Origin: a virus | Taxonomy: Duplodnaviria; Caudoviricetes | Strand: one strand, 5' to 3' | DNA length: 41,033 nt | Virus record (IMG/VR): IMGVR_UViG_3300032233_002605 | Span: 1-41,033 of that record | Notes under the pieces: generated by a model | What the model saw: the letters and a program-made list of their open reading frames with translations, nothing else | Databases searched by the model: none | What the model was told of the DNA's origin: nothing | Program-made: the position numbers and the translations under genes | In this document: piece by piece, positions 1 through 9,231 of the stretch | How positions within the stretch are numbered: position 1 is the first letter of the stretch | How the letters are laid out: the number at the start of each line of letters is the position of its first letter

Positions 1-2
1 CC

Positions 3-587
3 ATTACCGTTCCAGGCCTACCAGGCACTCTTATCACGGCAGTTGGCGGTGGACTTGGACAGGGTGGATCAAATACGGCTGGTACAGCAGGTAATGCAGC
101 AAACAGAATGATATACGGAATGACATTTTCCGCTGGCGGTGGTGGTGCAGGAGGCACCAACTTGGGCGGAACTGCTTCGACCATATCTAATCCGTATTCC
201 AACGGTGGAGCAGGCGGAGGAGGAGTAGGTACAGGTGGTGCGGGCGCAGCGGGTTCTGGCGGAGGCATCACCCAACCCACAGTAAACACTACTACTGTTA
301 CTTGGCCCAATGTAACCCGAAACACGAACATACTTGCTGGCGGTTCCGCAAACACAGCAACTCCTCCACTATTTGCAAACGCAATTGCTGGCTCGATATT
401 TGGTGGAGTATTTGGTCCTGGATTCGGAGGCCCTGGCGGTGGTGGTGGTGGTTCCACTTCTGCAAACAACGGTGGTGATGGCTATCGCGGTGGCGGTGGC
501 GGAGGCGGAGGCGGGGCATTGAACGGTATAACCACTGGCTCTGGCGGTAGAGGTGGAGATGGATACGTATTGATCGTGGCCTATTGA
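3..587 (+). CDS. Glycine-rich tail fibre/virion protein, C-terminal part (5'-truncated by the window edge)
   Basis: The frame of ORF 108..587 is open back to position 3 (ITVPGLPGTLITAVGGG...). GGGGGG-rich repeats end in GGRGGDGYVLIVAY, the typical terminus of phage Gly-rich fibre domains. Confidence 0.75.
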   Translation: MTVPGLPGTLITAVGGGLGQGGSNTAGTAGNAANRMIYGMTFSAGGGGAGGTNLGGTASTISNPYSNGGAGGGGVGTGGAGAAGSGGGITQPTVNTTTVTWPNVTRNTNILAGGSANTATPPLFANAIAGSIFGGVFGPGFGGPGGGGGGSTSANNGGDGYRGGGGGGGGGALNGITTGSGGRGGDGYVLIVAY

Positions 588-596
588 GAGACATCT

Positions 597-1004
597 ATGC
601 GTTGCGCAATAATTAATTCCAATACAGATACCGTTATCAACGTAGCGATTGCCGATCCTTCCTGGAATCCAGGAGACGGACTATATTTAGTAGCGCTATC
701 AGAAAACGAATCTTGCCTTATAGGCCAGAATTACGACGAGAATCAAAATCCAAGATTCTTCGGAAACCCAACCCCTACTCCAAAAACATACACGGCGTAT
801 CAATTCTTGCTGCGATTTACGGCAGACGAGAGAGCTGCATTTAGAGCTGCGGCTCTTACTGATCCTCAGGTTGCCGACTTCCAGCAACTCGCCGGAGCTG
901 CACAAGAGATTTCGACGAACAATGAGGTTACTCTAGCTGGATTGGACTATCTGGTATCCATCAATCTGCTGACGGAGAATCGAAAGCAGGAAATCCTGGG
1001 CTAA
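597..1004 (+). CDS. Small tail-fibre-associated protein (possible fibre chaperone)
   Basis: Directly follows the Gly-rich fibre gene. N-terminal AII..V.NV pattern and C-terminal 'QFLLRFTADERAAFRAAA...LLTENRKQEIL' helical module are both typical of phage fibre-adjacent genes. Confidence 0.55.
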   Translation: MRCAIINSNTDTVINVAIADPSWNPGDGLYLVALSENESCLIGQNYDENQNPRFFGNPTPTPKTYTAYQFLLRFTADERAAFRAAALTDPQVADFQQLAGAAQEISTNNEVTLAGLDYLVSINLLTENRKQEILG

Positions 1005-1005
1005 C

Positions 1006-1566
1006 ATGAGCTTTTCTATAAACGACATATATAGAGACGGACTCAGTAACGGCTACGGCAAAGCGGCAGCAGAAAAAAGATTCTTAATCTTGGATAGGTT
1101 TTCTTTTAGCTCAGTGCTTGATGTAGGCTCTGGGCCTTGTTTTTTACAGGATTGGCTAAGACTAAAGGACATAAAGGTTCACTACGAGGCCGTAGATATC
1201 CGACCAGAAGCTCTAGCGCACTGCAAGTGTCTGACCTATTCCGCTATTCCCGTCTCCGGCAAATACGATTTGGTCTGCCTATTTGGTACGGTTACCTACA
1301 ACATAGACAGAGATGAGCTAAAAAACAAACTTATCTTGAAGCAGCTGCTGCAATCAGCTAAAAAGGTATGTAGCTCCACACTGATCTTTACCGTATTTAA
1401 AGAAACATTAAAAGACGAGCTAAAAGTATTTCAGCAGGATCGATTTGTCTATTTCAGCAAGGTTGAAATTAGAAACTTGCTGCTCAGTATTGGCATCTCA
1501 AATTTTGAAATACTTGAAGAAAATCAGCTAGATAAAAACGAATACTTCGTGGTCTGCAAAATGTAG
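1006..1566 (+). CDS. Class I SAM-dependent methyltransferase
   Basis: Motif I VLDVGSG, acidic motif II YEAVDI, and YDLVCLFG motif. Confidence 0.85.
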   Translation: MSFSINDIYRDGLSNGYGKAAAEKRFLILDRFSFSSVLDVGSGPCFLQDWLRLKDIKVHYEAVDIRPEALAHCKCLTYSAIPVSGKYDLVCLFGTVTYNIDRDELKNKLILKQLLQSAKKVCSSTLIFTVFKETLKDELKVFQQDRFVYFSKVEIRNLLLSIGISNFEILEENQLDKNEYFVVCKM

Positions 1567-1567
1567 A

Positions 1568-1596
1568 TTGCATCGCTAAAGGTTTTTTACTATAAT
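1568..1596 (+). promoter_or_regulatory. Sigma70-type promoter, probably giving a leaderless transcript for 1604..2290
   Basis: TTGCAT (1568-1573), 17-nt spacer, TATAAT (1591-1596). ATG at 1604 lies at the expected start site and has no SD. Confidence 0.7.
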
Positions 1597-1603
1597 TGCC
1601 CCG

Positions 1604-2290
1604 ATGGCTGAGCCTAACACAACCGAGATAGACAAACCGGAGTCTCTGAAGCCAGAGGCTCATATCGGATGTCAATTTCCCTCTCGGCTAGCCATCTCTG
1701 GTGTTATCCAGGACTGCCTAAGGCAGTTGTTTAGCAGCCCAGACAACATCTTACATCCACAATTAAAAGAATTTTACTGGGCTCCTGACGCTACAGAAGA
1801 TGCCCTTAAAGCACCATTTCAAGTAACTATTGAGAATTATTTTTCAATAAATCTTTCTCAAATGATAGTAAGGCCTGCAGTTCTAATAAAGCCCGGAGTA
1901 TGGCAAGAATCCAAAATAGCCATAGGCGATAGAAGTATCGGTGGAACCGAATCTCAATATTATAAAAGAATTACAGGCACGCATACAGTCATTGTATTAG
2001 GTAAGACTGTAGCCCAAGCTGAACTGTTTGCCAGAGAGGTTCATGGTTATCTTAGCCATTTTGGCCCTCTACTAAGGGAATGGATGGGTCTATCCAGGTG
2101 GGATGTACCATCTATATCCGAGCCAGCAGACATGGAATCTAACCTAGATAATGTTATAATTCAGATTCCAGTACAGTACGAATTTGTTTATTCCTGGGAA
2201 CTAACCCCCCAGGCCTCTCGTTTGCTGAGACAAATCTCAGTTAATGCTATAATGAAGAACACAGATATCAATTTCCAATTAGGAGCATGA
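1604..2290 (+). CDS. Putative tail completion/terminator protein
   Basis: Immediately upstream of the sheath. RPAVLIK...GTHTVIVLGKTVAQAELFAREVHGYL fits the alpha/beta pattern of tail terminator proteins. Confidence 0.5.
   Translation: MAEPNTTEIDKPESLKPEAHIGCQFPSRLAISGVIQDCLRQLFSSPDNILHPQLKEFYWAPDATEDALKAPFQVTIENYFSINLSQMIVRPAVLIKPGVWQESKIAIGDRSIGGTESQYYKRITGTHTVIVLGKTVAQAELFAREVHGYLSHFGPLLREWMGLSRWDVPSISEPADMESNLDNVIIQIPVQYEFVYSWELTPQASRLLRQISVNAIMKNTDINFQLGA
2225..2253 (+). promoter_or_regulatory. Promoter for the sheath/tube genes (extended -10) with an inverted repeat over the -35
   Basis: CTGAGA (2225-2230), 17 nt, TGc-TATAAT (2245-2253). CTGAGA-caaa-TCTCAG palindrome at 2225-2240. A second TGtTATAAT at 2152-2160. 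SD-like AGGAG at 2281-2285. Confidence 0.5.
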
Positions 2291-2297
2291 CCGAACT

Positions 2298-5156
2298 ATG
2301 GCCAGCCCAAAACCAGCCGTAATCGTTAGACGTGAATTCGAAGCTACCCCTGACGTTGTAGCGCAGCAGCTCCGAGCCTGCATCGTAGGCCCGAGCTGCG
2401 AGCTTGTTCGTTACGGCGTTGCTGCTGAAAAGTCCAAAGGATTTATTTCCACCGTTGCCACCCGTACTGGTACCAACGGTACGGATAGATCTATCTTTTC
2501 CGCAGATGCCACTTACTCCATTCCCACGGTGGTTTATAGCTCTCTGCTTGACGCAGACTACGTTAAGCTCTTTGTTGAGGATGCTTATATTAGCTATGCG
2601 CATTTAGCCCAGGCAAGCAACTTTTCGAGTAGCAACCTTGCTGCAGGTACAAACGTACTAGCTGCAATTAATAGCAGCACAGGCTGGAAGGGATCTAGTC
2701 GCAACGCAAACCTAGTTCAGGATGTCGTAGTCGGCGATATTGTTGAGATCTACGATAGCACTGGTTTACGCCACAGCTCTGTAGTAAGTGGCTTTGACGG
2801 CACTGTCTCTTCTGCAGCGGTAGGCACTATTGCCGGAACCCAAGCAGATACCCTTGCTCTAGAGGCTAGCTCTGGTATATCCAGCTCCGCTACAGGTGCA
2901 AGCCAGACTGCGATTAATGGTATTACTGGGTTTAACTTTACCTTAGTTAGAACCAGTTACTTAACTGGCACTACTGCTGCTACCTACGCGGCAGATCCTC
3001 GATCTATTGGTAAGACCGTAACTAACTATACCCTCACCACAACTGCCAGTACTTCTACAACGGTAGACTACACGGTTGTTTCCGACACCGGGCTTGATAA
3101 CATTACCGGTACAGGTAAGACAACAGGCGTAACTACTACGCTTCCTAGCGGCGCAACGGTGGCTCTCGCCTTCTCGTCACAGCCTCCGATTGGCGCTAAA
3201 ATTACATTTAGCATCACAGTAGGTCATACTAAACTTACTGTCGGCGCTGGTGGTACTTTTGCAGTAACTGCGGGTACTTTGTCTACTAGCACTCCAAATA
3301 CCACTTATATTATTAGTTGCATCAAGGGTGGTAGCTTTGCTAACGAAAATATCACTAATGCTCCTGAGTTCCAGGTGTCTACCAATAATGGTGCAGACGT
3401 AACTAGCATCTTTAAACTTACTCTTAACAGTGCTGCTCAAACTGTAAATATCGGTAGTTACGGTCTTCAGCTTACTACAGCTGTAGGTGGTACAGGTGCT
3501 ACGCCAGCTAACCAGCAAAAGGGTTTTGTTCGTGGCGACGTGTTCACGATCGCAGTAACCGGGGCAACTGTTCCAGTACTTGATAAGTTGGTTTTTGCAG
3601 ACGCTGTAACAGGCACTACATTTGCTCCAACTCAGCTTCGTCTTTCCAAGAAGAAGACCGTAGAGCTAGGTCGTTATCAGCCAAACGGCGTCACTCCGAA
3701 CTGGAGCCTGCAGAACGCCTCCGACTCTGATTCGCGCAGCCTCCTGGTTGAGAACATCCTCATCACCAGGGACTCCGCTGTAAACAACAGCCAGACCGAC
3801 GCATACGTAACTGCAGGTAAGTTCTACATGCAGTATCGTGCGTTCCAGGCCATCGCTCGTCAGGTTGGCTCGGTTAACACCCTGGCAGATATCACCACTC
3901 AGCTCGGTACGATCGACGTAGACAACCCGCTTGCCTACGGCGTATATAAGGCTTGGTCGAACGCCAACGGCGCAACCGTCCACTTCATTCCAACCGTATC
4001 GCAGACGCTCAACGGTAATCGCGGCTTTGCAGATGCTCTGGCTCTCGCAAAGGGCAACAGAAACTGCTACGGCCTCGTTCCGCTCACCACCTCCTCTGAG
4101 ATCTGGAACGCCTTCGTAGGTCACGTCCAAGACGAATCAGCCCCAGCAACTGGCCGCTTCCGCGTTATGTGGATTGCCCCTGAAGTCGAAATCCACAATA
4201 AGATCCAGGATAAGGATTCCACGGGCGTCAACATCTATGGCACCAGCGCTTCCTTTACTGCCGGTAAGTGGTACGTAAACGCCGTTAGCGAAGCTGGCGG
4301 TCAGGTGCTGCCTAAGTTCACCGAAACCGTCCAGGTTGGTGACTACGTCCGCACCAAGTTCAATACCAATGTCTTCGGTGGAACCACTTTTGTCGAGTAC
4401 AAGGTTCTTGCAGTAGTGGATAATGATACTCTCGTAATCAGCTCTGCAACCGATCCTGCGCTCTCCAACTTCAAGATTGAAATCTTCCGTGACCTCACCT
4501 CTGCGGCAACGGCAGCCAAGTATGCCCAGGTTGCTGGCGGTTTCAGCTCTGATCGCGTGTTCGCAGTTGTACCTGACCGTGGCGTTAACGGTCTTCGCGT
4601 AGATGGCACTCCAGTCAAGAACTGGTACATTGCCTGCGCCTTTGCAGGTCTTCGTTCCGGCTCCCGTCCGCAGCAGCCCCTCTCGAACGTAGAGCTCCTT
4701 GGCTTTGACGGAGTCAACATCACCTCTCCGCTCTTCAGCGAGTCGGATCTAAACATCCTTCGCGATGGTGGCGTATGGGCTGTCCGTAATACAGATGAAG
4801 GCAAGATCTATGTTGAGCGTCAGCTCAGCACCTCGACCCTTGACCTGTATCGCAAGGAACAGTCTGTAACCTGCAACGTAGACTCAGTGTCCTTCACGCT
4901 TGCTGACGCCCTGCGTAACCTCGTAGGCCGCGTAAACATCACTGAAGAGACTAAGGGTCTTGTCGAGGCTACTATCCGTCAAACGCTGGGTACTCTGGCT
5001 GCCACCAACGGTGCAATCACAGTTGGCCCGCAGCTTAAGACCTACACGATCGTATCCGTCACGGTTCCTGCAACCGCCCAAGATACGCTCCTCGTCAAGG
5101 TTCAAATCAGCGTACCGCTGCCCATGAACATCATTGACATCACCCTCGTTATCTAA
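2298..5156 (+). CDS. Contractile tail sheath protein with large insertion domains
   Basis: 952 aa. N-terminal 'ACIVGP', 'NPLAYGV', and C-terminal 'IACAFAGLRSG..PQQPLSN', 'LRDGGVW', 'EQSVTCNVD', 'VPLPMNIIDITL' are typical of sheath C-terminal domains. Followed by a tube-sized gene. Confidence 0.9.
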   Translation: MASPKPAVIVRREFEATPDVVAQQLRACIVGPSCELVRYGVAAEKSKGFISTVATRTGTNGTDRSIFSADATYSIPTVVYSSLLDADYVKLFVEDAYISYAHLAQASNFSSSNLAAGTNVLAAINSSTGWKGSSRNANLVQDVVVGDIVEIYDSTGLRHSSVVSGFDGTVSSAAVGTIAGTQADTLALEASSGISSSATGASQTAINGITGFNFTLVRTSYLTGTTAATYAADPRSIGKTVTNYTLTTTASTSTTVDYTVVSDTGLDNITGTGKTTGVTTTLPSGATVALAFSSQPPIGAKITFSITVGHTKLTVGAGGTFAVTAGTLSTSTPNTTYIISCIKGGSFANENITNAPEFQVSTNNGADVTSIFKLTLNSAAQTVNIGSYGLQLTTAVGGTGATPANQQKGFVRGDVFTIAVTGATVPVLDKLVFADAVTGTTFAPTQLRLSKKKTVELGRYQPNGVTPNWSLQNASDSDSRSLLVENILITRDSAVNNSQTDAYVTAGKFYMQYRAFQAIARQVGSVNTLADITTQLGTIDVDNPLAYGVYKAWSNANGATVHFIPTVSQTLNGNRGFADALALAKGNRNCYGLVPLTTSSEIWNAFVGHVQDESAPATGRFRVMWIAPEVEIHNKIQDKDSTGVNIYGTSASFTAGKWYVNAVSEAGGQVLPKFTETVQVGDYVRTKFNTNVFGGTTFVEYKVLAVVDNDTLVISSATDPALSNFKIEIFRDLTSAATAAKYAQVAGGFSSDRVFAVVPDRGVNGLRVDGTPVKNWYIACAFAGLRSGSRPQQPLSNVELLGFDGVNITSPLFSESDLNILRDGGVWAVRNTDEGKIYVERQLSTSTLDLYRKEQSVTCNVDSVSFTLADALRNLVGRVNITEETKGLVEATIRQTLGTLAATNGAITVGPQLKTYTIVSVTVPATAQDTLLVKVQISVPLPMNIIDITLVI

Positions 5157-5168
5157 AGGAACCAATAG

Positions 5169-5642
5169 ATGGCTACCGAAATCTTTAATAAAACACCTAA
5201 AAACGTCGTAGGCGGTTTTAGCGTCGACAAGGCTACTCTGCAGTTTCCAGCCTTAGGCGCTGACGGCAAGACCTCCGGCTTACTTATTCAGAATGTGCAG
5301 CTCAGCTATCAGCAACAGGTCAGCTTTGTCTACGATCTTGCCAAGGCTGACGATGTCTACTACATCGCAGGTAGAACCTCCGGCACTCTGGCTCTCGGCA
5401 AGGTTGTCGGCTCCAAGGGTATTGTAAAGAACTTTTACACTACTTTTGGCGACGTGTGCAAAGTCAAGGGCAAGAACCTTGAACTTCAGGGCGTAGCTGG
5501 CTGCGCCGGTGTTGATGTAGACACCAACTCGATCACGATCAAAGAGCCGATTATTACGCAATTCGGCCTTACCATGAATGTCGACACTGCCATCATCGGA
5601 GAGAACGTTCAGATGATCTTCTCGACGATGGAACTGCAGTAA
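5169..5642 (+). CDS. Tail tube protein
   Basis: 157-aa beta-rich protein directly after the sheath, with AAGGA SD. 'LIQNVQLSYQQQV..VYDL...YYIAGRTSGTL' tube-like pattern. Confidence 0.8.
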   Translation: MATEIFNKTPKNVVGGFSVDKATLQFPALGADGKTSGLLIQNVQLSYQQQVSFVYDLAKADDVYYIAGRTSGTLALGKVVGSKGIVKNFYTTFGDVCKVKGKNLELQGVAGCAGVDVDTNSITIKEPIITQFGLTMNVDTAIIGENVQMIFSTMELQ

Positions 5643-5675
5643 TCTAGAGTTTGTAAATTCGAAGATACGCGCTAT

Positions 5676-5707
5676 ACTAGGCTCCGGAAACGGAGCCTAG
5701 TTACTTT
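5676..5707 (+). terminator. Intrinsic terminator/attenuator after sheath-tube
   Basis: Perfect 11-bp stem ACTAGGCTCCG-GAAA-CGGAGCCTAGT (5676-5701) followed by TACTTT. Confidence 0.75.
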
Positions 5708-8434
5708 ATGAGCACCCCAGTTACTACTAATTCCACTAAAGTTTCTGCGGCTGCAGGCTCTCCGTTAACATCGCCAAAGTACGATTGGCCCATGCGAGCC
5801 TCAGAGGCTTTCAGCAAGTCGTTGCTAAACGACTACACCTTTGTTGCAACGGTGGTCGAGGTCAATCAACAATTACAATCATATAAGCTGAGAGTGGCCA
5901 GCATGCCCGATATGCTGGGTGTGCCCCTCGAAGCCACAGGCGGAATTCAGTCTTTTAACACCAGAACCAGCAGTCTATACGGTGTAGGTAGTCGGGTCTT
6001 GGCTATGACCACACCGGCCTTGGGTGTAAACCAGGCGATCATTCTAGGGGGCATATCCACGTACCTTGGTGAAAGCACTTCGCTGGGCAGTCCAGAACTG
6101 GTTGTAAGCTCGCCTGCTGGTAGCTTCAAAGACGACATATCAGATAACGGTCCGCTCAACTGCGTATTCAACAACTTCAACGCTGGAAAGCCTGTAGACG
6201 CGTATCCAGGAGACACAACCATACTCAACTCATTTGGATGCGGTCTCTTTGTCGGAGCCTTGCATGCGTCTCTAATATCCGGACTCGACTGCTCCGTTGA
6301 ATGCCATTACATCGACTCCTTGGTCAGGATCAATGCGTTTAACTATGAGCATAACACGGCTGGCTCTGAAGTAACTAAATTTGCAGACGTTGGCGACTAT
6401 ACCGAAGTCCGTAGAATCAATTCGTATGTGATCGAGTCTCTTGGAGGTACGGAGCAGTACGGGGAGGCGCCAAAGGCTCAAGCTACGGATAGATCCACCT
6501 ATCCGGGCCCAGAAGTTATTACAGGCACCTACAAGCCGCAGGATCCAAGCCAGATAGGCTGGTGGCGGTATTCGGAGTTTGAGGGATACCTAGGCAATAT
6601 CAAACTTAACTTTGTTGTTGTACCCAAACTGGAATCTGTGCGCAAAGCGACAGAGAGCGATACGCAGGATGAGTCTGCCGTATTCCGGGAGCACGTTGAC
6701 TCCTCTGGAGCCTATACGGTCGTATCTGCCAAGTCTATCGCTTTTATCAAAGACTGCCTGATCCCGATGCCCAGGGAACGCTACAAGGCAGATGACAGCC
6801 GAGGCGACAAGCAAGAAACGGTAGAGCAGGCTAGGGATGAGAACGAGCCTAATACGGCAGATGCGACGATTACCGGCATAGAGGAGAATGTAGATCACGG
6901 AGCTCTGCTTTACAGCGCTGCAAGCTCTGATCTCGCGTCCTTCAAGAATCACAGAGCTACCCTGAATTTCAAGGAAAGAAAAAACGACTGGACGTTCAAG
7001 GAGATAGATGAGATCGATCTGGCCGGTTTTAGGTCGGTAGTTGATTCAGGAGGCTTGATCTCGGCAACCAACGGAGTCAGCGCTGAAAGAATGTTTGCCA
7101 AATTGCCCCAAGTTGGCAAGCTGCAAATCAATGCCAGAGAGGAAGTTAAGTACTTCGCCTCCCGTGCAATGATCATGATGCACGAGGATGGTTCTATTCA
7201 CTTGCAGGACGGCTACGGCTCGACCATCAGCATGAGAGCTGGTTCTATAGACCTATCATGCCCAGGGGACATAACCTTGCGCGCAGGCAAGAACGTTGTC
7301 AGCTTTGCAGGTGACGGAGTGTCGTTTACGGCAGGCACAGATGTGGAGCTAAGTGCCAATATTGGCGACTTAAGACTCAAGGCCGATCGCAATGTGACAG
7401 TTCTGGCAGGTAACGATGGGGCAGGCGGTATCCTACTGGAGTCAAAGGCCGAGGCCTTGAATCTACTGCAAGAAGACGAGCAGGTGTTTAAGGATCCAAC
7501 TAATAACGCTAATAGCCATCGCGGTATCTGGCTAAAAGCGCCTAAGTCCTCAATCAGTAGCGTGGCCTCTGAGATTTACGCCGGCAATCAAACGCAGAAT
7601 TGCAGCATATACTTTGACTCAGGCAAGGGCGATATAACTACTAAAGGCTCTAGAAGCATATCCCTGGCAAATCAGGTTCTGTTTGTCACAAATGTAGATA
7701 ATCTAGATGCCGGTACAAACATGCTAATTAATAACTCAGGCATGGGCGTGCAGACATCTGGAGGGTTCTTCTTCCAAGGCAACTCGCTACTTGCGTCTGG
7801 TAAGGATCGAGACATGCAGTTCCTCGTCAAAGGCACTGGAGTATTCTCTCGCTCCATGCTGTCGGCTTCGTATGCAGGCACTAACACACAGATAAGTAAA
7901 CTTGAAGACGCAGATCTGCAAGAGTATGTAAAGAACATCCAGACAGCTATCTCTGATAGAGCCGAGAGCATTGAAGAATACGTAAGCGCTCAGCAAGAGC
8001 AGCAGGATCTTGTAGATAGATCTGTCTTTGGTAAGGCCACCAGCTCGCTTAAGAATCTTACATTCTGCTATCCCAGTTCTGAGCTAAGAGGCATTCCCGA
8101 CAATACGGAATTTGTAATGTTTGAAAGTGACTGGCAGCAGACCTATAGAGCTCAGGGTGTGGGCGTTCCCATGATCTTCAAGGGCGTAGATCCCAGCAAA
8201 CCTGCAGGAGCGGCATCGAAGGGAATCGAAGAAGACAAGAGTTTCTTCTGGCCCGGCACTACTGCCCTGCTGCAAAAGTTTGGTAAACTTAATCCCGATT
8301 CGAGATTTGTAGACGATAAGCTAAGATTCAAGAAAGACGGCTTCGATAAGCCTATTACGTTGAGTAGTGAAGCCCAAAGCTTTGAGGGCAACTACACAAT
8401 CATCTCGGAAAACAAGATTCGAACCAAGGAATAA
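5708..8434 (+). CDS. Baseplate central spike, gp5/VgrG-like (OB-fold plus beta-helix)
   Basis: N-terminal OB-like 'ATVVEVN...YGVGSRVL...AIILGGI'. Internal beta-helix repeats 'EDGSIHLQDGYGSTISMRAGSIDLSCPGDITLRAGKNV'. Confidence 0.7.
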   Translation: MSTPVTTNSTKVSAAAGSPLTSPKYDWPMRASEAFSKSLLNDYTFVATVVEVNQQLQSYKLRVASMPDMLGVPLEATGGIQSFNTRTSSLYGVGSRVLAMTTPALGVNQAIILGGISTYLGESTSLGSPELVVSSPAGSFKDDISDNGPLNCVFNNFNAGKPVDAYPGDTTILNSFGCGLFVGALHASLISGLDCSVECHYIDSLVRINAFNYEHNTAGSEVTKFADVGDYTEVRRINSYVIESLGGTEQYGEAPKAQATDRSTYPGPEVITGTYKPQDPSQIGWWRYSEFEGYLGNIKLNFVVVPKLESVRKATESDTQDESAVFREHVDSSGAYTVVSAKSIAFIKDCLIPMPRERYKADDSRGDKQETVEQARDENEPNTADATITGIEENVDHGALLYSAASSDLASFKNHRATLNFKERKNDWTFKEIDEIDLAGFRSVVDSGGLISATNGVSAERMFAKLPQVGKLQINAREEVKYFASRAMIMMHEDGSIHLQDGYGSTISMRAGSIDLSCPGDITLRAGKNVVSFAGDGVSFTAGTDVELSANIGDLRLKADRNVTVLAGNDGAGGILLESKAEALNLLQEDEQVFKDPTNNANSHRGIWLKAPKSSISSVASEIYAGNQTQNCSIYFDSGKGDITTKGSRSISLANQVLFVTNVDNLDAGTNMLINNSGMGVQTSGGFFFQGNSLLASGKDRDMQFLVKGTGVFSRSMLSASYAGTNTQISKLEDADLQEYVKNIQTAISDRAESIEEYVSAQQEQQDLVDRSVFGKATSSLKNLTFCYPSSELRGIPDNTEFVMFESDWQQTYRAQGVGVPMIFKGVDPSKPAGAASKGIEEDKSFFWPGTTALLQKFGKLNPDSRFVDDKLRFKKDGFDKPITLSSEAQSFEGNYTIISENKIRTKE

Positions 8435-8436
8435 CC

Positions 8437-9231
8437 ATGGACTTTAAGGCCTTAAAGCCCGGTAAGTTATATAAGACAGACGAGGCCGGCAATCTAGTAG
8501 AGGCTGATGTACCTCAGCCGGAAAATCTACAGCCCGTTGCTGAAGACGATCTTCCGCCTGATATGCGAGCATCTGCCAAGGATGCGCAGAAGAAGATTGA
8601 AGACATTAACGACAATCTAAAAAAGATTGCCGATAATATTCAACAGCCTGCTCAACTGCCAGAGCCAGATTTAGTTATTCCTGAGCAGGAAAAGATGAAG
8701 TTTCTGAAGGCGGTTGTTGCCAATAAACCATATAAGAAAACCTTTGATATCTTTGGTGGTAGCATCAAAGTTACTTTCAAGACCTTGGCTACAGCCGAGC
8801 TAGACGCCGTTTCTGAGGCCATCGTTATTCAGAGCGGTAGAGTGCCGTATTCCTCCATGATGGCCATGGCTGGGGCTCATATGCGCTTCTGTTTGGCTTC
8901 CTCGCTATGCGAGCTGGAGTTTCATGGCGACGAGGGCATCTCCCTCAAAAGCTATCAACCGATATTCGATATGTATCCTAGCGTCCCTAAGAAAGAATCT
9001 TTCTATGTAAAAGACTCTGCAGGAAATATGCAGAAGAAGGAAGCTTCGGTTTACGGCTCTCCGGGACAAAAGGTTATTTGGGCAGCTACAGATAAGTTCG
9101 CTGACATCAGCACAGTCCTATATAACGTTTTATTTGAAAAATATCAGCGGTTTGATGCTGAAGTCCTGCAAATGACCAAGGAGACGGCCGATCCTGATTT
9201 TTTTCTAAATGGGGTCGGTGGTCCCTCCTAA
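8437..9231 (+). CDS. Tail assembly chaperone (gpG-like)
   Basis: Upstream of the tape measure. 'IKVTFKTLATAELD' chaperone-like motif. Ends just after a slippery heptamer (PDFF). Confidence 0.75.
   Translation: MDFKALKPGKLYKTDEAGNLVEADVPQPENLQPVAEDDLPPDMRASAKDAQKKIEDINDNLKKIADNIQQPAQLPEPDLVIPEQEKMKFLKAVVANKPYKKTFDIFGGSIKVTFKTLATAELDAVSEAIVIQSGRVPYSSMMAMAGAHMRFCLASSLCELEFHGDEGISLKSYQPIFDMYPSVPKKESFYVKDSAGNMQKKEASVYGSPGQKVIWAATDKFADISTVLYNVLFEKYQRFDAEVLQMTKETADPDFFLNGVGGPS
9198..9204 (+). promoter_or_regulatory. Programmed -1 ribosomal frameshift site (T TTT TTT)
   Basis: GAT TTT TTT CTA in the chaperone frame. The -1 frame is open from 9198 straight into ORF 9282..9548. Confidence 0.8.

Noticed and set aside
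130-560. GGC/GGT-rich low-complexity sequence as a DNA repeat element
   Set aside because: It is explained by the poly-glycine coding of the fibre protein.
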